A DNA stretch of 64,000 nt from Chiloscyllium plagiosum (Eukaryota), in the NCBI RefSeq assembly GCF_004010195.1, contig NC_057752.1, positions 2,189,750-2,253,749 on the forward strand, read 5' to 3'. Positions 62,426-64,000 of the stretch are shown one piece after another. The notes under the pieces were generated by a model that did no database searches, had not been told where the DNA came from, and was given only the letters and a program-made list of their open reading frames with translations. How positions within the stretch are numbered: the stretch's first letter is position 1; every line of letters begins with the position of its first letter. The position numbers were made by a program, and so were the translations under genes.

Positions 62426-64000
62426 TATTTATTTCCCCACATTGTATATCTTCCATATCCTTCTCCACGTAAACACTGATGCATAAAATTCATTTAGTAT
62501 TTCCCTGGTGATAGTGAAAGCAAGTGAGAAAGTGTGCTTGTGTAGCCACTAAAGCCACTTAACCAAGCTTCTGTCAGTGGTGAAATCTCTTAATCAATGA
62601 AAGTGAAGACATGCACAAGTTGGCACAATGAAGATTTTTGGGGGTTTTGGGGGCATATTGTGTTTGATAAATTGGACCTGCTACTATTTTCCCCACACCG
62701 TTTAAATGGTGCAAATGATTGGATGTACCATTTGAAATCGAAGCAGCTCATGAGGAATTTCTACAAGACTCCATGAGGTTCTTGAAACTGAGAAAAAACA
62801 GTGTAGCAGTTGCAGTTTAGCCAATGGTAGAAATGGATGACTGCAAGAGAAGCCAGGAGCTTATTGTTGATACATTATGTAGAGCTTGTTTACAGCACTG
62901 GCTTGGAAGAGCTAGCAGACCGGTGTCAATTGACAAACGTTCAGAAGCAAAGATTTGAAATCTGCAATATTAGAATAGAATATAAGTTTGTTTTCACCTG
63001 TGCATGAAAAATACAGGGGAAAAAATTTATAACTTATCAACCCACCATGGCACCCACATCAGTGACATGTTACCAATGTAAATAAGGAAAGTGAATGCAT
63101 CCAGAGCGCTTCGCAGTTGGAGAAGTGAATTTACTAGCCTTTGCTGAACAAGGACATAGAAAAAAAACATGACGTGCACCAATTGCTCAAAGACAAACAG
63201 CAAATACCGCAAAAGCCCTGGGAGAAATGACACCTTTTGTTTTTGACTTGAAGGAAATGAACTATTTCATGTTCTGGCTATTATTCAGATTCCTTCAGAA
63301 TAAGACAGGTTTCAAAAAAAAAGATACTCAAGAAGTTCCACTGAAGGTGAGAGCATATCCCAAATGAATTTCTATCAAATAATGGTTCCTGCCCCCCATT
63401 TGATTTGAGAAAATTGCAACAGTTTGCAGTCATTCCACCAGCTCACAAGCCAGACAGAAAGGTAGAGAGTATTCCAAATTGCAAAGGTTTAATCCAGCTC
63501 CTTACTTCAATCCTCCTGGCAATACAATACAGCAAGTGAAACACCAGACAGTTCATTTACTGGATGCTCTAGCCAGATCAAAGACTATTTGACCCTTTCC
63601 CATGAAACTAACAGTGGTAAGTGATATAAAAAGCAAGCTATTCTTCAGGAGCATGAAGGTCCAGCTCCACAGGAAAGGCACCGAAGACCTTACTGAGCTT
63701 TGAGAAGGAGTCATTAGAGTTGTACCAAACAGTGGGAATCAGTTTAGTTCAGTTGGCTGGATTGTTGGTTTACAAAGCAGTGTAATGCCAACAGTGTGGG
63801 TTCAATTCCCATCACCAGTTTGAGGTTACCATGAAGAACTCTCTTTCTCAACCTGTTCCCTTGCCTGAGATCTGGTGGCCCTCAGGTTAAATCACCACCA
63901 ATTGCTTCTCTCTAATGAGGGAGCAGTCCCTATGGTCTGGTCAGACTATGGCGACACCACAAGAATCAGACAGTGGAGGAAGTGGATGGGGATGAATGCA

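Overview
Vertebrate genomic DNA, not prokaryotic. The repeat content (HE1-type V-SINE, Deu-domain SINEs, abundant CR1, Penelope-like elements) points to a cartilaginous fish, probably a shark (inference). The window is the middle of a plus-strand voltage-gated sodium channel alpha-subunit gene whose translated exons match Nav1.6/SCN8A. Eleven coding exons (3733-58081) splice at GT-AG introns into one open frame of 2580 nt (860 codons; 871 with the alternative donor). They cover the I-II loop, all of domain II, the II-III loop with the ankyrin-G motif, and domain III S1-S4. The gene starts before and ends after the window. Regulatory features readable from sequence: the 33-nt alternative 5' splice site ([11 protein letters not shown]), an 82-nt stop-containing poison exon homologous to SCN8A 18N upstream of 18A, an RBFOX TGCATG at +27 after 18A, extra 18N-like acceptors between the two, and a few candidate unannotated micro or poison exons. 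Introns are transposon-rich. They hold a decayed full-length Gypsy LTR element whose 3' LTR took two non-LTR insertions (one Tx1-like) at the same site, leaving three copies of the target sequence. They also hold Penelope-like fragments and fold-back elements with hammerhead-ribozyme-like cores, many CR1/SINE remnants, a 45-bp target-site duplication and a near-identical 602-bp tandem duplication. No prokaryotic system, CRISPR array or RNA gene is supported. Transposon boundaries are approximate unless a target-site duplication (TSD) is given.
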